DNA of 54,259 nt from Prorocentrum cordatum. Lineage: Eukaryota. The notes beneath the pieces were generated by a model. The model was not told where the DNA came from. It saw only the letters and a program-made list of their open reading frames with translations, and did no database searches. The position numbers and the translations under genes were made by a program. Of the stretch, positions 10,519 to 22,292 are shown in pieces. The DNA lies in contig CAUYUJ010000255.1 of the NCBI GenBank assembly GCA_963575745.1, positions 62,001 through 116,259 of the forward strand, written 5' to 3'. Within the stretch, counting starts at the first letter, position 1. Every line of letters starts with the position of its first letter.

Positions 10519-13500
10519 GTGTGCGAACGGGGCCCCATCCCGCATCGACTACGTGCTCGCCAGCCCTGCCGCTGTCGACGCCGTCCGGGCGGTCCGGCTC
10601 CGCTGGGACCTCGGGCTGGCCACGCACGCGGCCCTCGTGGTGGAGTTGCGCGTGCCGCGCCCCGAGCCGGCGCTGCTCCGCCAACGGGTGCCCGCCCTGG
10701 ATGGCCCCGCGGTGGCGGACTGGTCAGCGCAGACGGCGCGCGACGCCACGGCCCTCGCGCGCACCCACCACGAGGAGGCTTTCCGGGCAGCGTTGCATAA
10801 CCACGCTCTCGACGAGGCGTGGCGGCAGCTGGGGGCGGCCATGCGCATATGGCTCTCGGCGCGCCTGGGCAGCGCGGAACTCCCAGAGCGTCCGCACGCT
10901 GCGGCTGCCGTGCGGGCCGAACGGCCCCCAGCAGCGGGAGGTGGCGGGGAAGCCGCCGGTGCTGCGGCTGACGCTGCCTTGCTGCGCGTCCGACGCCTCA
11001 GGGGCTTGCAGCACGCGCAGCGGCGCACTACGAGCACCGCCAGACGGACGGCAGCTGCGACCTTGCGGGCGCTGCGGGCCGCCGACGCTGCCGACGCGGA
11101 CTGGGCCCTGGTGCTGGCCGCACTGCAGCCGGACAGGGCCCTCCCGGCCGTGCTCCTAGAGCGCGCGGAGGCTGCGTGGCAGCTCGCGCGGGCTGCGGCG
11201 CGCGGGAGGCGGCAGACGGAATGGCGGCGCTGGGTCGACGACTCGCTCGCCAACGGCGGAGGCAGGCTATACCGCTGGATTCGCGGCGGCGGCAGCCTTG
11301 ATGCCGAGCTCGTGCCTGCTGCCGGAGGCGCTGGGGCCGGCGCCTGCACCCCTGGCGGCCGGCAGTGGCTGCTAACCTTGCAGGGCGGCCCCGCGGCGCG
11401 GCTGCGCTACTACGAGGGCCCCTGGAAGGAGCTGTGGCAGCGAGCCTCGGGCCCGCCGGTCGCCGAGGAGTGGCTGCAGGAACTGGACGGGATGCCGGCA
11501 TTCCCCGACCGCGTGCCTTGGACGGCCGAGTCGATGGGCTCGCTCCTGCGGCGCATGCCCAAGCGCAGGAAGCCGGGGCTCGACGCCTGGACGATCAACG
11601 AGCTCCGGCTGCTGCCGGTAGAGTTGCACTCGTGGATCGCGGACCTCTTCGAGGAGGTGGAGGCCCAGGGCGCTTGGCCCCGGGAGCTCGTCGAGCCCGA
11701 GGGCCTCCTGCTGCCGAAGCCTGGGGGTGGCGAGGGCCCCCTGGAGCGCAGGCCCATATGGTTGCTGCCAATCCTGCGCAGGTTGTGGGCTGCTGGCCGG
11801 GAGCGCCTCTTTGCCCAGTGGCGGTGCCAGACGAGTGGCGGCGTGGCGCAGAGGACCTTGCCTGGGAGCTCTCCTTGGAGCTGGAGGCGGCGGACGTCCT
11901 CTCTGAAGAGATGATGGGCGCAGCCCTGGATTGGCGCAAGGCATACGACCAGGTGGACCTATGCACGCTGCCTGCCGTGCTCGCCCGGGCTGGGGTGCCG
12001 CCTTGGGTTGCCGGGCCGGCGCTGGCGGCCTACGCGGCGAATCGCCGGGTGCGAGTGTGCAAGGCCATCGGCTCGGCGTGGTCGCCCAAGCGCGGCCTCC
12101 TGCCAGGCTGCCCCCTGGCGGTGTTCGTGCTCGGAGTCCTGACGCGGCCATGGATGGTGCGTACGGGCCGCGTGAGCGACCGCCTCCGCCGCAGGGTGTA
12201 CGTCGACGACTTCACGCTCTGGACCTGGGTCGCCGCCGAGGCCGGCGGCGATGCGGCGGACGAGCTCCGGCAGGCGCTGCAGGTCACGGAGGCGTTCGAG
12301 GCGGCCATGGACTGGCAGCTGAACCGGACGAAGTCCCGCCAGGTCGCCGGTCGCGCGGTGTTTCGGCGGTGGCTGGCGGAGCAGACGCCCGGGATCTCCG
12401 CGAAAGTCGCGAGTGCGGAATTCCGCGACCTGGGCGTGGCCGCAACGGCTGGCAAGGCCCGGCGGTGCGCCGTCACCGCGGACCGGCTGCGCGTCGCGCG
12501 GGGCCGTTTCGGCAGGCTGGGCAAGCTGCCGGTAGGCTTTGACGCGCGCTGCCGACTGGGCGCTGCCGCGGGCACGGCTGCGGGCCTGTACGGGGCGGCA
12601 TGCGGCCGGCCACCGGCGCGGGAGTTGGCCGGCCGCGCGGCGGCGCGGCAGGCGGTCTGCAGAGGTGGCATGCGGGCGGCCGCAGAGATCGTGTTCGGAG
12701 TGCTCGCGCCGTGCTGGCGCCTGGACCCGGCGGCGGTCACGGTCCTGGCGCCGCTCTGGCAGGCCGCCAAGGCGCTCCGATCTCGTCGCTTCCCCGTGCA
12801 GCTGTGGCGGGATGCGGCAGCAGCTCTCGGGGCAGGGCACGGGCGCGGGTTCGGGCCCATCTCCGCCGCGCTCCGGAGCCTGACGGAGCTGCACTTGGGC
12901 GCAGACGTCGAATGCTGGACCGGGGTCAGCGCCGCCCCCGCGGGCTGGCGCCCCGCCGACAGGAGTCTGCTTGACACCCGCGCCGTGCTGCTCGAATCGT
13001 GCTCCCGGCGCGAGGCGCGTTCGCTGGCAGAGAGGCGCCCGGCGTTCCAGCACGTCGCAAGCGGCATTGACAGGTGAGCCACGCGGCGGCTGCTCGTCAG
13101 CGGCGCGCTGGCGCCCGACGCTGCCGGGGCGCTCCGCGCCGTGCTTTCGGGGAACGTGGTGACCGAAACAGTGGCCGCGAAGTGGGGCCAGCCAGCGCTG
13201 TGCCCCCACTGCGGCGGCGCGCCCGAGGACCTGGAGCACCGACTGTGGCTGTGCCCGTGCTGGGAGGCCACCCGGGTCGCCGCTCTGGGGCCCGCGGGCG
13301 GGCACCTCGACGCGGTCCGCGCGAGGCTGCCGGCGGAGACCTCCCTTACCGGCGTGCTGCCCCAGGACCTGCGGCTGGCGGCGCTCGCGGAGCAGGCCCG
13401 GCTACCGCTGCCGCTGCCGCCTCTGCCAGACCCGCAGGCCGGCGGCAGGGCGCGCGCTTGGACGGACGGGGCCTGCGCGCGGCCGGGCGACCCGCTGCTG

Positions 13501-14522
13501 GCGCGAGCGGGCTGGGGTGTCCGGCTGGAAGCGGCGGGCGCGACGGGCTTCGTCGAGCGCGGCGGCCCCGTGGACGGCGCGCAGACAGCCCAGCGGGCGG
13601 AACTCACCGCGGCGGTGCACGCGCTGAGCCTGGCCAGGGGGCCGGTCGACATCGTCACCGATTCCCGGTTCGTCAGCCGCGGCGTGGCGGCCATCCGCGA
13701 TGGGGCGAGCCCCGCGGAGCGGGCGCACGCGAATCTGTGGGAGCGCGTGGCCCCGCACTGCCGCAGCGGCGCCCTGCGCGCGCGGTGGGTCAAGGTGCAC
13801 CTTGACGCCGCGGCGGCCCGCGAGCGAGGTCTCCCCCCAGAAGACCACGCCGGCAACGCGGCCGCGGACCGCCTCGCCGGCCAGGCGGCCGGGGCCCGCT
13901 TGCCGCCTCGGGCGCTGCTGCTGGAGCGCGCGCGGGGGCTGGACGCGCTCGCAGCCGTGCAGCGAGCGGGTCATGGCGGCAGTGGAATATTGGCCGTGCT
14001 GAAGGCCAACCACGGCGACGGCGCCCGCCGGCCCCGCGTGCGCCGGCGCTGGGCGGCCCCAGGGCGCAGGCGGCGCGCGCCCCGCGTGGGCGACGACGCG
14101 GCCGTGGCGGCCGCCGCGGCCACCCGAGCGCGGGCTCCGCAGCCCGCCTGGCGTCCGGCCACGCCGGCGGGTGCCGCCGCCGCCAGCGCCCTCTTCGCCG
14201 GCAGCGCGTGGCGGGCCCACGTGGCATCCCAGGGGCCCGCCTGGGTGGCCTGCCTCCGCTGTGGCTGCTGGGCGCCGACCTGGCAGCGGCTGGCGTGCAG
14301 GCCGTGCAGCGACTGGGCCCCGGCGCTGCCGCCGCGCGCCGCCGCTCTGCTGCTGGCGCCGCCGGCCCGGGCGGGCGGCGCGGAGGCCGCGTGGCGCGAG
14401 GCATTGCGGCTGCGGCTCGCGGCGCGCCCGGGCGCGCCGGACTAGCGCGGTCCTCTCCCCCCCACCTCCCCCTCCTCCTCTTCCCCTCTCTGCCACAGGG
14501 CGCCTCGCGGATGGTAAAAAAA
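10519..14522 (+). mobile_element. 5'-truncated non-LTR retrotransposon ORF2: APE endonuclease end, RT, zinc knuckle, RNase H; inactivated
   Basis: SRIDYVLAS...LATHAALV (APE end), KPGLDAW, RPIWLLP, LDWRKAYDQV, GLLPGCPLA, YVDD (12199-12210), CPHCG..EDLEHRLWLC, and RNase H motifs WTDGAC, AQRAEL, IVTDS, VKVH, GNAAADRLA. Frameshift near 11825, TGA at 13075-13077, A7 tail at 14516-14522. Confidence 0.95.
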
Positions 14523-15164
14523 GTGTGTATGTTTGTGTGCATAGGCGGGTATGTACCATGCGGAACTCGAGGAGGGCGCCCAGCGGCGGGGGCCGAAGCA
14601 AGCTGCGTGCTGTCGTCGTCCGCGTGGTCGCCGCCGTCGTCGAACTCAGCCCTCAACTCCTCCTCCTCCTCCTCCCCCTCCTCCTCCTCCTCCTCCTCCT
14701 CCTCCTCCTCCTCCTCCTCCTCCTCCTCCTCCTCCTCCTCAACCCTCAACTCCTCGTCCTCCTCCTCTTCCTCCTCCTCCTCCTCCTCCTCTTCCTCCTC
14801 CTCCTGCCCCTGCCCCTAGCCTTGTGCCCCTGGGCGGTGCATGGTCTACCCTCTTGCCTTCGTTGCTGGAGGGCCCAGCCTTGCGCTTGACGCGCCCATT
14901 CCCAATCTTCTCCCGATCCTCTCCCTCCTCCCTCCCGCCCTCCCTCCTCCCTCCCTCCTTCCTCCCTCCTCCCTCCCTTCCTCCGTTCTCCCTCCCTCCC
15001 TCCGTCTCCCCCCTCCCTCCCTCCCCCTCCCTCCGTCCCTCCCCTCCTCCTCCCTCCTTCCTCCTCCTCCTCCTCCTCCTCCTCCTCCTCCTCCTGCTCC
15101 TCCTCCTCCTCCTCCTCCTCCTTCCTCTCCTCCTCCTCCTCCATTCCTTTCCCTGATAAGCAGC

Positions 15165-15760
15165 TCCACCCTGTCGCACCCCGAGGCCTGCCGAAAAGGC
15201 GGGCGGGGCGTTTCGCCTAAGACCTTTGACAGTAGCTTCACAGTTGGAGGGCGGGCAGCTTTCAAAATGTGGCTCTCGCCGTAGCGCCGCGCACATTCGT
15301 TTCAAACAACTGCACAAGTTTTACGGCCTGAGGGCGGGCCGCTTCCAACATGTGACTCTTGCCTTGGCGCCGCGCACATTCGCCTTCACAATATTCAGAA
15401 AGTTCTCTGATTCAGGGCGGTTCCTTTTCAAGCTGTGGCTCTCGCCATCGCGCCGCGCACACTCGTTTTGCAAAATCACCAGGGTTTCAAGGACTCGCAT
15501 GGCTAGCGTATCAGAAATAGTGTTTGAGAGCGATTCAGGACCGTCAGGGTGCAACAGTTACGTTCTTTCGCGGTGTTGAATTCCTGGAACGGCGTTCTGG
15601 CACGATTCAGAATCGGCAAGAAGCAACAGCCAAATTCAGTCGTGGCGCTGGAGTCCCGAGAATGGTGATTTGGCACGCTTCGGGATCTTCAAACGGTTCT
15701 CTCCCAACGGGGCACTTCCCCAAGTGGAAATGAATCCTTGTCGGGGCCTGTGGAAGGAAG
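15165..15760 (+). repeat. Dispersed repeat of about 600 bp, copy 1 (internal TTTCAAAATGTGGCTCTCGCC..CGCCGCGCACA units)
   Basis: Shares start (ctgtcgc), internal units and end motif (ccaacggggc..ttccc..ggggcctgtg) with 19825-20400. Confidence 0.75.
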
Positions 15761-17149
15761 CTTGAAGGGAGGGTATGTTCCGACATGGTTGACGAGTCTT
15801 GGGTTCACCCGTGTCCTCCTCCTCCTCCTCCAACGACGACGACGACGGCGACGGCGACGACCATCCCCCCTCCTCATCATCTTCCTCTTCTTCCTCCTCC
15901 TCCTCCTCCTCCTCCTCCTTCCTCCTCCTCCTCCTCCTCCTCCTCCTCCTCCTCCTCCGCCTCCTGGTTCTTTCTCCTCCTCCTCCGCCATCCTCCTCCG
16001 CCATCCTCCTCCGCCATCCTCCTCCTCCTCCTCCTCCTCCTCCTCCTCCTCCAAGCCGACGCGGACCCCCTCCCCCTCCCTTCTCCTCCCGCCGCCCTCT
16101 CCTCCCCTCCTCCTCGAGCCCGGCGCCCCCCCCCCCCCTCCCTGCGCGCCTGCTCCCGGGCAGCCTCCGCGGCCCGCCGCTCCCCCGCGCGGGCGCCGGG
16201 GTCCTCCGGCGGCGGGGGCCGGAGCCCGAGGGTGCTGCAGTGCTGGTGGAAGGCGCTCTGGTAGTCCTGGCCCCCCCCCCCCCTCTGCCCCCCGCACGCT
16301 CCGCGTCCTCCTCCCTCCATCCCCTCCTTCCTCCCTGCATCCCCTTCCATCCCTCCCTCCCGTCCCTCTTCCGCTCCCTCCCTCCCTCCCTCCCTCCCTC
16401 TCCTCCTGCCGCTGCTGCTGCTCCTCCTTCTCCTCCTCCTCCTCCGCCTCCGCCTCCTCTTCCCTTCCTCCCCTCCTGAACCTCCTCCTCCTCCTCCTCC
16501 TCCGCTTCCTCATCTTCCTCCTCGTCCTCCTGCTCCTCCTGCTCCTCCTGCTCCTCCTGCTCCTCCTCCTCCTCCTCCTCCTCCTCCTCCTCCTCCTCCT
16601 CCTCCTCCCCGTCAGCCTCCTCCTCCTCCCGCAATATCCCTCCCCATCATCCCTCCATCCATCCCTCTTCCAGCCCGTCCCCCGCAAACTCCCGCCCACC
16701 CGACGATTGTACATTATGAATGCTACTCGCCGCTATTTCCTGACTCTGTCTGGAAGATGCTCCGCCCTCTCCGCGTGCTTTTGTTACACACAGGATCGCT
16801 GTTATACTCATGGGTTCTACCATCCGACTGCTGTCAGCGTTTCAAAAAAAAGGTGTTCCTGCTGCGGCGTGGGCCTCATGTCCGGATCGACGCTTTGATT
16901 CCGTCGTTCAGCATTGCGATCTCACCATGCCGCGGGCCATAGTTCTGTGTGCGAATTGTTTATGCTGCTCCGCTCGGGGCGACACGCTCTTATACCCCAG
17001 AGCCTTACCTTGCCTTGGGGCATCAGAGCTGATATGGCTGCTGACGCCTGATCCTCCTCGGAATGATCCTCCTCTGGGCCATGATGCCGGTCATGTTTTC
17101 GCAGTTGCTGCTGCCTCCGCTGCTGCTGGTCTTCGCGAAGTCCTGCGCA

Positions 17150-18090
17150 TCCGGCGGACCAGGCAGAGCCAGCCAAACTCGCTGGACCTGCCACATCGGC
17201 AGACTAGCCAGACCAGGTACAGAAGCCAATCGACCAACCAACCAAGACCAACCAAGCAACCGGACCAAACCAAGCAGACCAGAACAGGCAAAGCAGATGA
17301 AGTACTCGACCAGCCTGAGCGGACCAGAGCAAGGCCAGCCACGCGAACCGAACAAACCAGTCCAACCGAGCAAACCAGACCAGAAGAAGCACCTGCGCGA
17401 CCACACCGACGAGACCAACAAACCGAGATCGGATCCAAGAGCCCTCCCGACTGGACCAAGGAGCAACCACATGAGACCAAGCAGACCAACCAACCATACC
17501 AACCCGATATGCGAACAGCCAGCGCACACGGACCATGCCGACCAGATCAGTCAGACGAGCTGTACCAGCAAAGGAATTCTGACCAGACAAACCGCACCCG
17601 TCGGACGTACCAGACCAGACCGACCAGACCAAGATGAACTGCTCAACCAACCAGACCAGGCCAGACCACCAGCCAATTCAGATCAATCCCCCCAAGCCCA
17701 GCCAGACGAATTCGACGAACCAAGCCAACCAAACCAGACCGACAGTGACGCGCAGTCCGACCAGGCCAACCAAACCAATCGGACCAATCCAACCAGACCA
17801 ACCAGACCAACCAGACCAATCAGATGAACGCTCCCACGACTTTTTATCAGCAGGCGAACAAAGTTCAACAAGTCAGGCCAGCGAAGCCGACAAAACGCGA
17901 GGACACAGCACGAGCGAAAATCCAAAACACTTTAGTCAAGATGGCCAGCAAGATCAGCAAGTCAAACTGGCGAAGCAGACCAACCAGGCCAGCCAGACCA
18001 GCAAGCCATCGGCACAACATCGAAGCAGACCAACCAGACCAGCCAGACCAACACCTGGCAGCGACACCGCGGCGCTCCGAAGCAGACCAA
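17150..18090. repeat. Degenerate ACCAGACCA/CCAA low-complexity satellite
   Basis: Recurrent accagacc and ccaacc units with strong C/A strand skew. Confidence 0.85.
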
Positions 18091-19286
18091 AACTACATGG
18101 CAATCACAAATCTCACATGCACAAAAACAACAATGCACCGAACGAACAACACACTCTTTTGCTGTCGTCGTGGCTGGCGCCGCGCGCTTCGCCCCACCCT
18201 CAACCTCCCCGAGCCGCGGCCGGCACGCACGCGAGACCGGCGAAGCTCGTGCCCCCGCAGAGGAGCGGCGGCACCCGCCAGCAGACCCCAGCCGCACGGC
18301 AGCACACATCGATGCAGACAGTAGCTGCACCGCAAGCCAACTGCAACGACTGGCGCAAAGGAGCTGGCGTGCCGTCGTCGGGGTGTGGCGCTGCGCGCGC
18401 CGCGCCTCCCGGGACCTCCTCGGGCCGTGCTCGGCCCGCGCGCGGGAGCGCCCTGCGGCCCCTCGGCTCGAGCCCTCGCCTCTGGCAGCGGCACGGCGGC
18501 ACTCCGAAGCAGACCCAGGGCGCAGGCCTCCTCCTCTCTCCTCCTCCTCCTCCTCCTCCTCCTCCTCCTCCTCCTCCTCCCTCCTCCTGCTTCTCCTCCT
18601 CCTCCTCCTTCCTCCTCCTCTCTCTCCTCTTCTTCTCTCCTCCTCCTCCTCCTCCTCCTCCTCCTCTCTCCTTTCCTCTTCTCTTCTTCTTCCTCCCTCC
18701 CCTCTCCCCTCCTTCTCCTCCTCCTCCCCCTCCCCCTCCTCCTCCTCCTCCTCCTCCTCCTCCTCCTCCTCCTCCTCCTCCTCCTCCTCCTCCTCCTCCT
18801 CCTCCTCCGATACGGCAAACACCCGAAGCACTACGGAGAACTGCTGTGCTGCGGGCGCAGCGGGTTGGCGCGGCGCGCGTCGCGCCCACCTGGCCTCTGG
18901 CAGCGACACGGCGGCACTCTGAAGCAGACCCAGGGCGCAGGCGCAGGCAGCACTGCGATGCGGCAAACGTGGGCATCGCACTACGGTTAAGTCGGGCGTG
19001 TCCCTCTACATGGGGATTTTCGACGAAACATAAAAACAGACTCCAAAGATACTCCAGACTGGTCAAACAATACTCAAACAAATATCCCCAGACAATAGTT
19101 TGACTAATTTGGGGTATTCCCCCTGTAGAGGGACAGGCCCGACTTAACACTACGGAGGACTGCCGTGCTGCGGTCGCAACAGGTTGGCGCTGCGCGCTTC
19201 GCGCCGCCCTGGACCCCCTCAAACGACGTTCGGCTCGCAACTCGAACCGTACTCCTCCTCTTCCTCCTCCTCCTCCTCCCCTCTTC

Positions 19287-19317
<31 letters not shown>

Positions 19318-19530
19318 TCCTCCTCCTCCTCCTCCTCCTCTTGTTCCTCCTCCTCCTCCTCCTCCTCCTTTTCCTCCTCCTCCTCCTCCTCCTCCTCCTC
19401 CTCCTTCCTCCTCCTCCTCCTCCTCCTCCTCCTCCTCCTCCTCCTCCTCCTCCTCCTCCTCCTCCTCCTCCTCCTCCTCCCCTCCCCCTCCTCCTAAGCT
19501 CCAGCTGCGAAACAGCGGCACTCCGAAGAC
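18055..19530 (+). repeat. Dispersed unit GGCAGCG..CGGCGGCACTCCGAAGCAGACC repeated 4 times, interleaved with (CCT)n
   Basis: Copies near 18057, 18484, 18899 and 19512. Confidence 0.7.
18986..19148. mobile_element. MITE, 163 bp, 25-bp TIRs, 6-bp TSD ACTACG
   Basis: Left gttaagtcgggcgtgtccctctaca and right tgtagagggacaggcccgacttaac (1 mismatch). actacg at 18980-18985 and 19149-19154. Confidence 0.9.
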
Positions 19531-19824
19531 CAAACGCAAGACAGAAGCTTCGAAACCATTCGGTCGAAGCTTTGCGTCCCGCCGTGCGCGTCGGCTAAGA
19601 ATGTCGTCGTCGGCGCTCCTCTCATCTCCCCTCCGCCTTCTCCTGGTTATCCTGCCCCTCCCGCTCCTTCCAATTCAGTTCCTGCTGCTGCTGTTTGTCC
19701 TCGTCCTCCTACTTCCTCATCCTCTTTGTTCCCTCCTGCGCCCCCTCCTCCTCCTCCTCCTCCTCCTCCTCCTCCTCCTCCTCCTCCTCCTCCTCTTCCA
19801 TCCGTTTCTCGTATAAATAACTCC

Positions 19825-20400
19825 TCACTGTCGCGCCCAAGGACGTGTCAGTAGGGCTGGCTGGGCGTTCCGCCTGAGACTTCCTCACCCGTGCTGACCC
19901 TTAAATTTAGATTTCCAACCGTTTCACGGCTGGTGGGCGGGTCGTTCTCAAACTGTGGCTCTCGCCTGAGCGCCGCGCAAATTCGCTTCAGAAGTTCATT
20001 CAGGAGCTCAACGGATGGAGGGCGGGTCGTTTTCGACATGTGCATCTCGCCCTGGCGCCGCGCACATCCGTGCTAAAAAATCAAAGAGCTTCACGGAAGG
20101 AGGGCGAGTCGTTTTCAAGAAGTGGTTCTCGCAATAGTCCCGCGCACATTCCCATTAAGAGTTTACAGCAGTTCCAGAGAATATGATGGTTGACGTCCCA
20201 GGAACGAAGTTTGACAGCGATGTCTGATTGTCAGGGCTCGACAGTCACGCCGATTCACGATATGAAGTCCCAGGGACGGTCTTCTGGCCCAATTCAGGAT
20301 GGTCAGGACGCACAAATGATGTTGATTCGCGGCGTTGACGGTTGTCTTCCAACGGGGCTTCCCTCAGTGAAGATTAACTCGTGTAGGGGCCTGTGAAGAA
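19825..20400 (+). repeat. Dispersed repeat of about 600 bp, copy 2
   Basis: Similar to 15165-15760. Confidence 0.75.
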
Positions 20401-21187
20401 AGAACTTGGAGGAAGGGGTTCTTGCAAGATCGTTGATGAGTCTTGGGCTTGCACTGGTCCTCTTCTTCGTCCTCCTCTGAAGACGGCACCCATTTTCCGA
20501 AGGTGCATAATATGACAAGGACCTGTTCGGAGTTCCAGGTCGGCCATTTCACTCGTTCGCGGAGAGAAGCAAGTCAACGCCACAGGAAGGGATGTGATGG
20601 AAGGATCGAATGTCAGATGTGGCGCGAACGCACCTGGTTTGTCACCCTCCGCTCCCTTACAGTCAGGGCGTTGACCTAAGGAACCCTAAATAAGGAACGA
20701 GGCCCCTTTTTTTCCATGGGTTAAACTTCGTTTTCCCGTCGAAAACATAAGGAAAAACTGAGGCAAGCTGTGAAACACTTAAGGAACACGAAGCCCCTCC
20801 CCAACGAAAAGGGTTCCTTCTTCAGCGCCCCGACTGTACTCTCCCTCCTCTCCCTTTCTCTTCCTCATCTCCTTCTCCTCTCTCGCTCGCTCACCTCCCG
20901 CGGCGGGCGCTGGCGGCGGGCACAAAGCCGGCCACGCCTCCTTCCTCGCGCTCGACCGAGTGTTCCCTGGTAGCGCTGCCAAGGGCCGTGGCTGGCGCAA
21001 CCCCCTGCTCCCCCCCCCCCAGAGCGACCGATGTTCGAGCCCGTGCCCAGCAGCGGTTGCTCCCGGAGGTCGGTGCTGTGCAATGGGGGTTCGCGCCGGC
21101 TTCGAACCGAGCTTCGCGTGGACGAATTCCCTCTCCCTCATCACGGTTCTCCCTTCCGCCTCTCTCCATCCTCCATCCCTTGAACGA

Positions 21188-21380
21188 AGGATTGCAACAA
21201 AAAAAAACGGACTGCCCCCCCCAAAAAAAGGATTTCAAAAAAAACGGAGGATTGCAAAACAACCCAGGAATGCAAAAAAACGAAGGATTGCAACAAAAAC
21301 GGACTGCAAAAAAACTGTTTTGTTTTGCAATCCTGTTTTTTTGCAATCCTTCTTTTCGCAATCGGTTTTTTTGCAATCCA
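21188..21380. repeat. Fold-back array of GGATTGCAAAA / TTTTGCAATCC units
   Basis: Forward units at 21188-21310 followed by reverse-complement units at 21322-21380. Confidence 0.75.
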
Positions 21381-21991
21381 TCCCTCCTTCTCCTCCAGAC
21401 TCTTCTCATCTCTTCCTCCCTCCTACCGTACCCCGTCCGCATCGATGGTGCGCACAGAGCGGAGCGGAAGCAGAACCCTGCGATCAGTGTCGTCACTCGC
21501 TGCTGCCGCTCATTGGGTACCGATGGTGACCACGAAAAAACACATCCCCAATCCCAAAATCACGGATTCGCCGAGGATTCGAAGATCGGCCAAAGATTTC
21601 GGGGTATGTTTTGCGTTCGTCGTCGTCACCCTGGTAAAACCCTACCCCAAAACCTCCCCCCCCGAAGTCTCGAGGTGTCTGCGTTTTGTTTTGGCCCCCG
21701 CGTTTTTGGGATTGGGCGTCTGTTTTGAGCTAGTGAGATGGCGTGCGAGTGAAGACGGACGCCGTGCCCATTCCGGAGGGCGCGAAATCCCACATTGCCC
21801 GAGGGTGAGGTGGACAGGTTTTCGAACAGTCAACTGCACAATGGATCACATCTTCCCCCACCCGATCGCACCGTCCCCGCTGATCGTGCCTCTTCGGTGG
21901 CCTCCAGAAAAAGCAGAAGCACATTCAAACACCGTCGACCCTGCTTGGATTCCTCCCCCCTTCACGAAATCAAGAATTCACCGTCTCCAGC

Positions 21992-22292
21992 TTTTGGTCG
22001 GGAACGTCCCCCTAGTTAAACGAGGAATTTGGACGACAAATAAAACACCCCCCCACAAATATTCAACAGTAGTTCAAACATGCTGAAAAAATAGCCCTAG
22101 AAGATACATAATATACATATGTATATTTAATGTGTATATATATGTCTATATGTATACATATATATATATATATATATAGTGTCAATGTCTATATATATAT
22201 ATATATATATATGTCGCTCGTACATGGTATATATCTATATATATTGCCATAAATGGAATTCTCCTCCTGTAGAGAGACAGGCCCGACTTAAC
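21992..22292. mobile_element. Second, older copy of the GTTAAGTCGGG MITE with internal (TA)n and 6-bp TSD TCCAGC
   Basis: Right TIR tgtagagagacaggcccgacttaac ends at 22292. Degenerate left end ttttggtcgggaacgtccc. tccagc at 21986-21991 and 22293-22298. Confidence 0.75.

Noticed and set aside
11959..14749. Long antisense ORFs over the LINE and over the cassette genes
   Set aside because: These are shadow ORFs expected from high-GC coding sequence.
17063..18090. Gln/Pro/Thr-rich ORFs with a hydrophobic N-terminus
   Set aside because: They coincide with the degenerate ACCAGACCA satellite.
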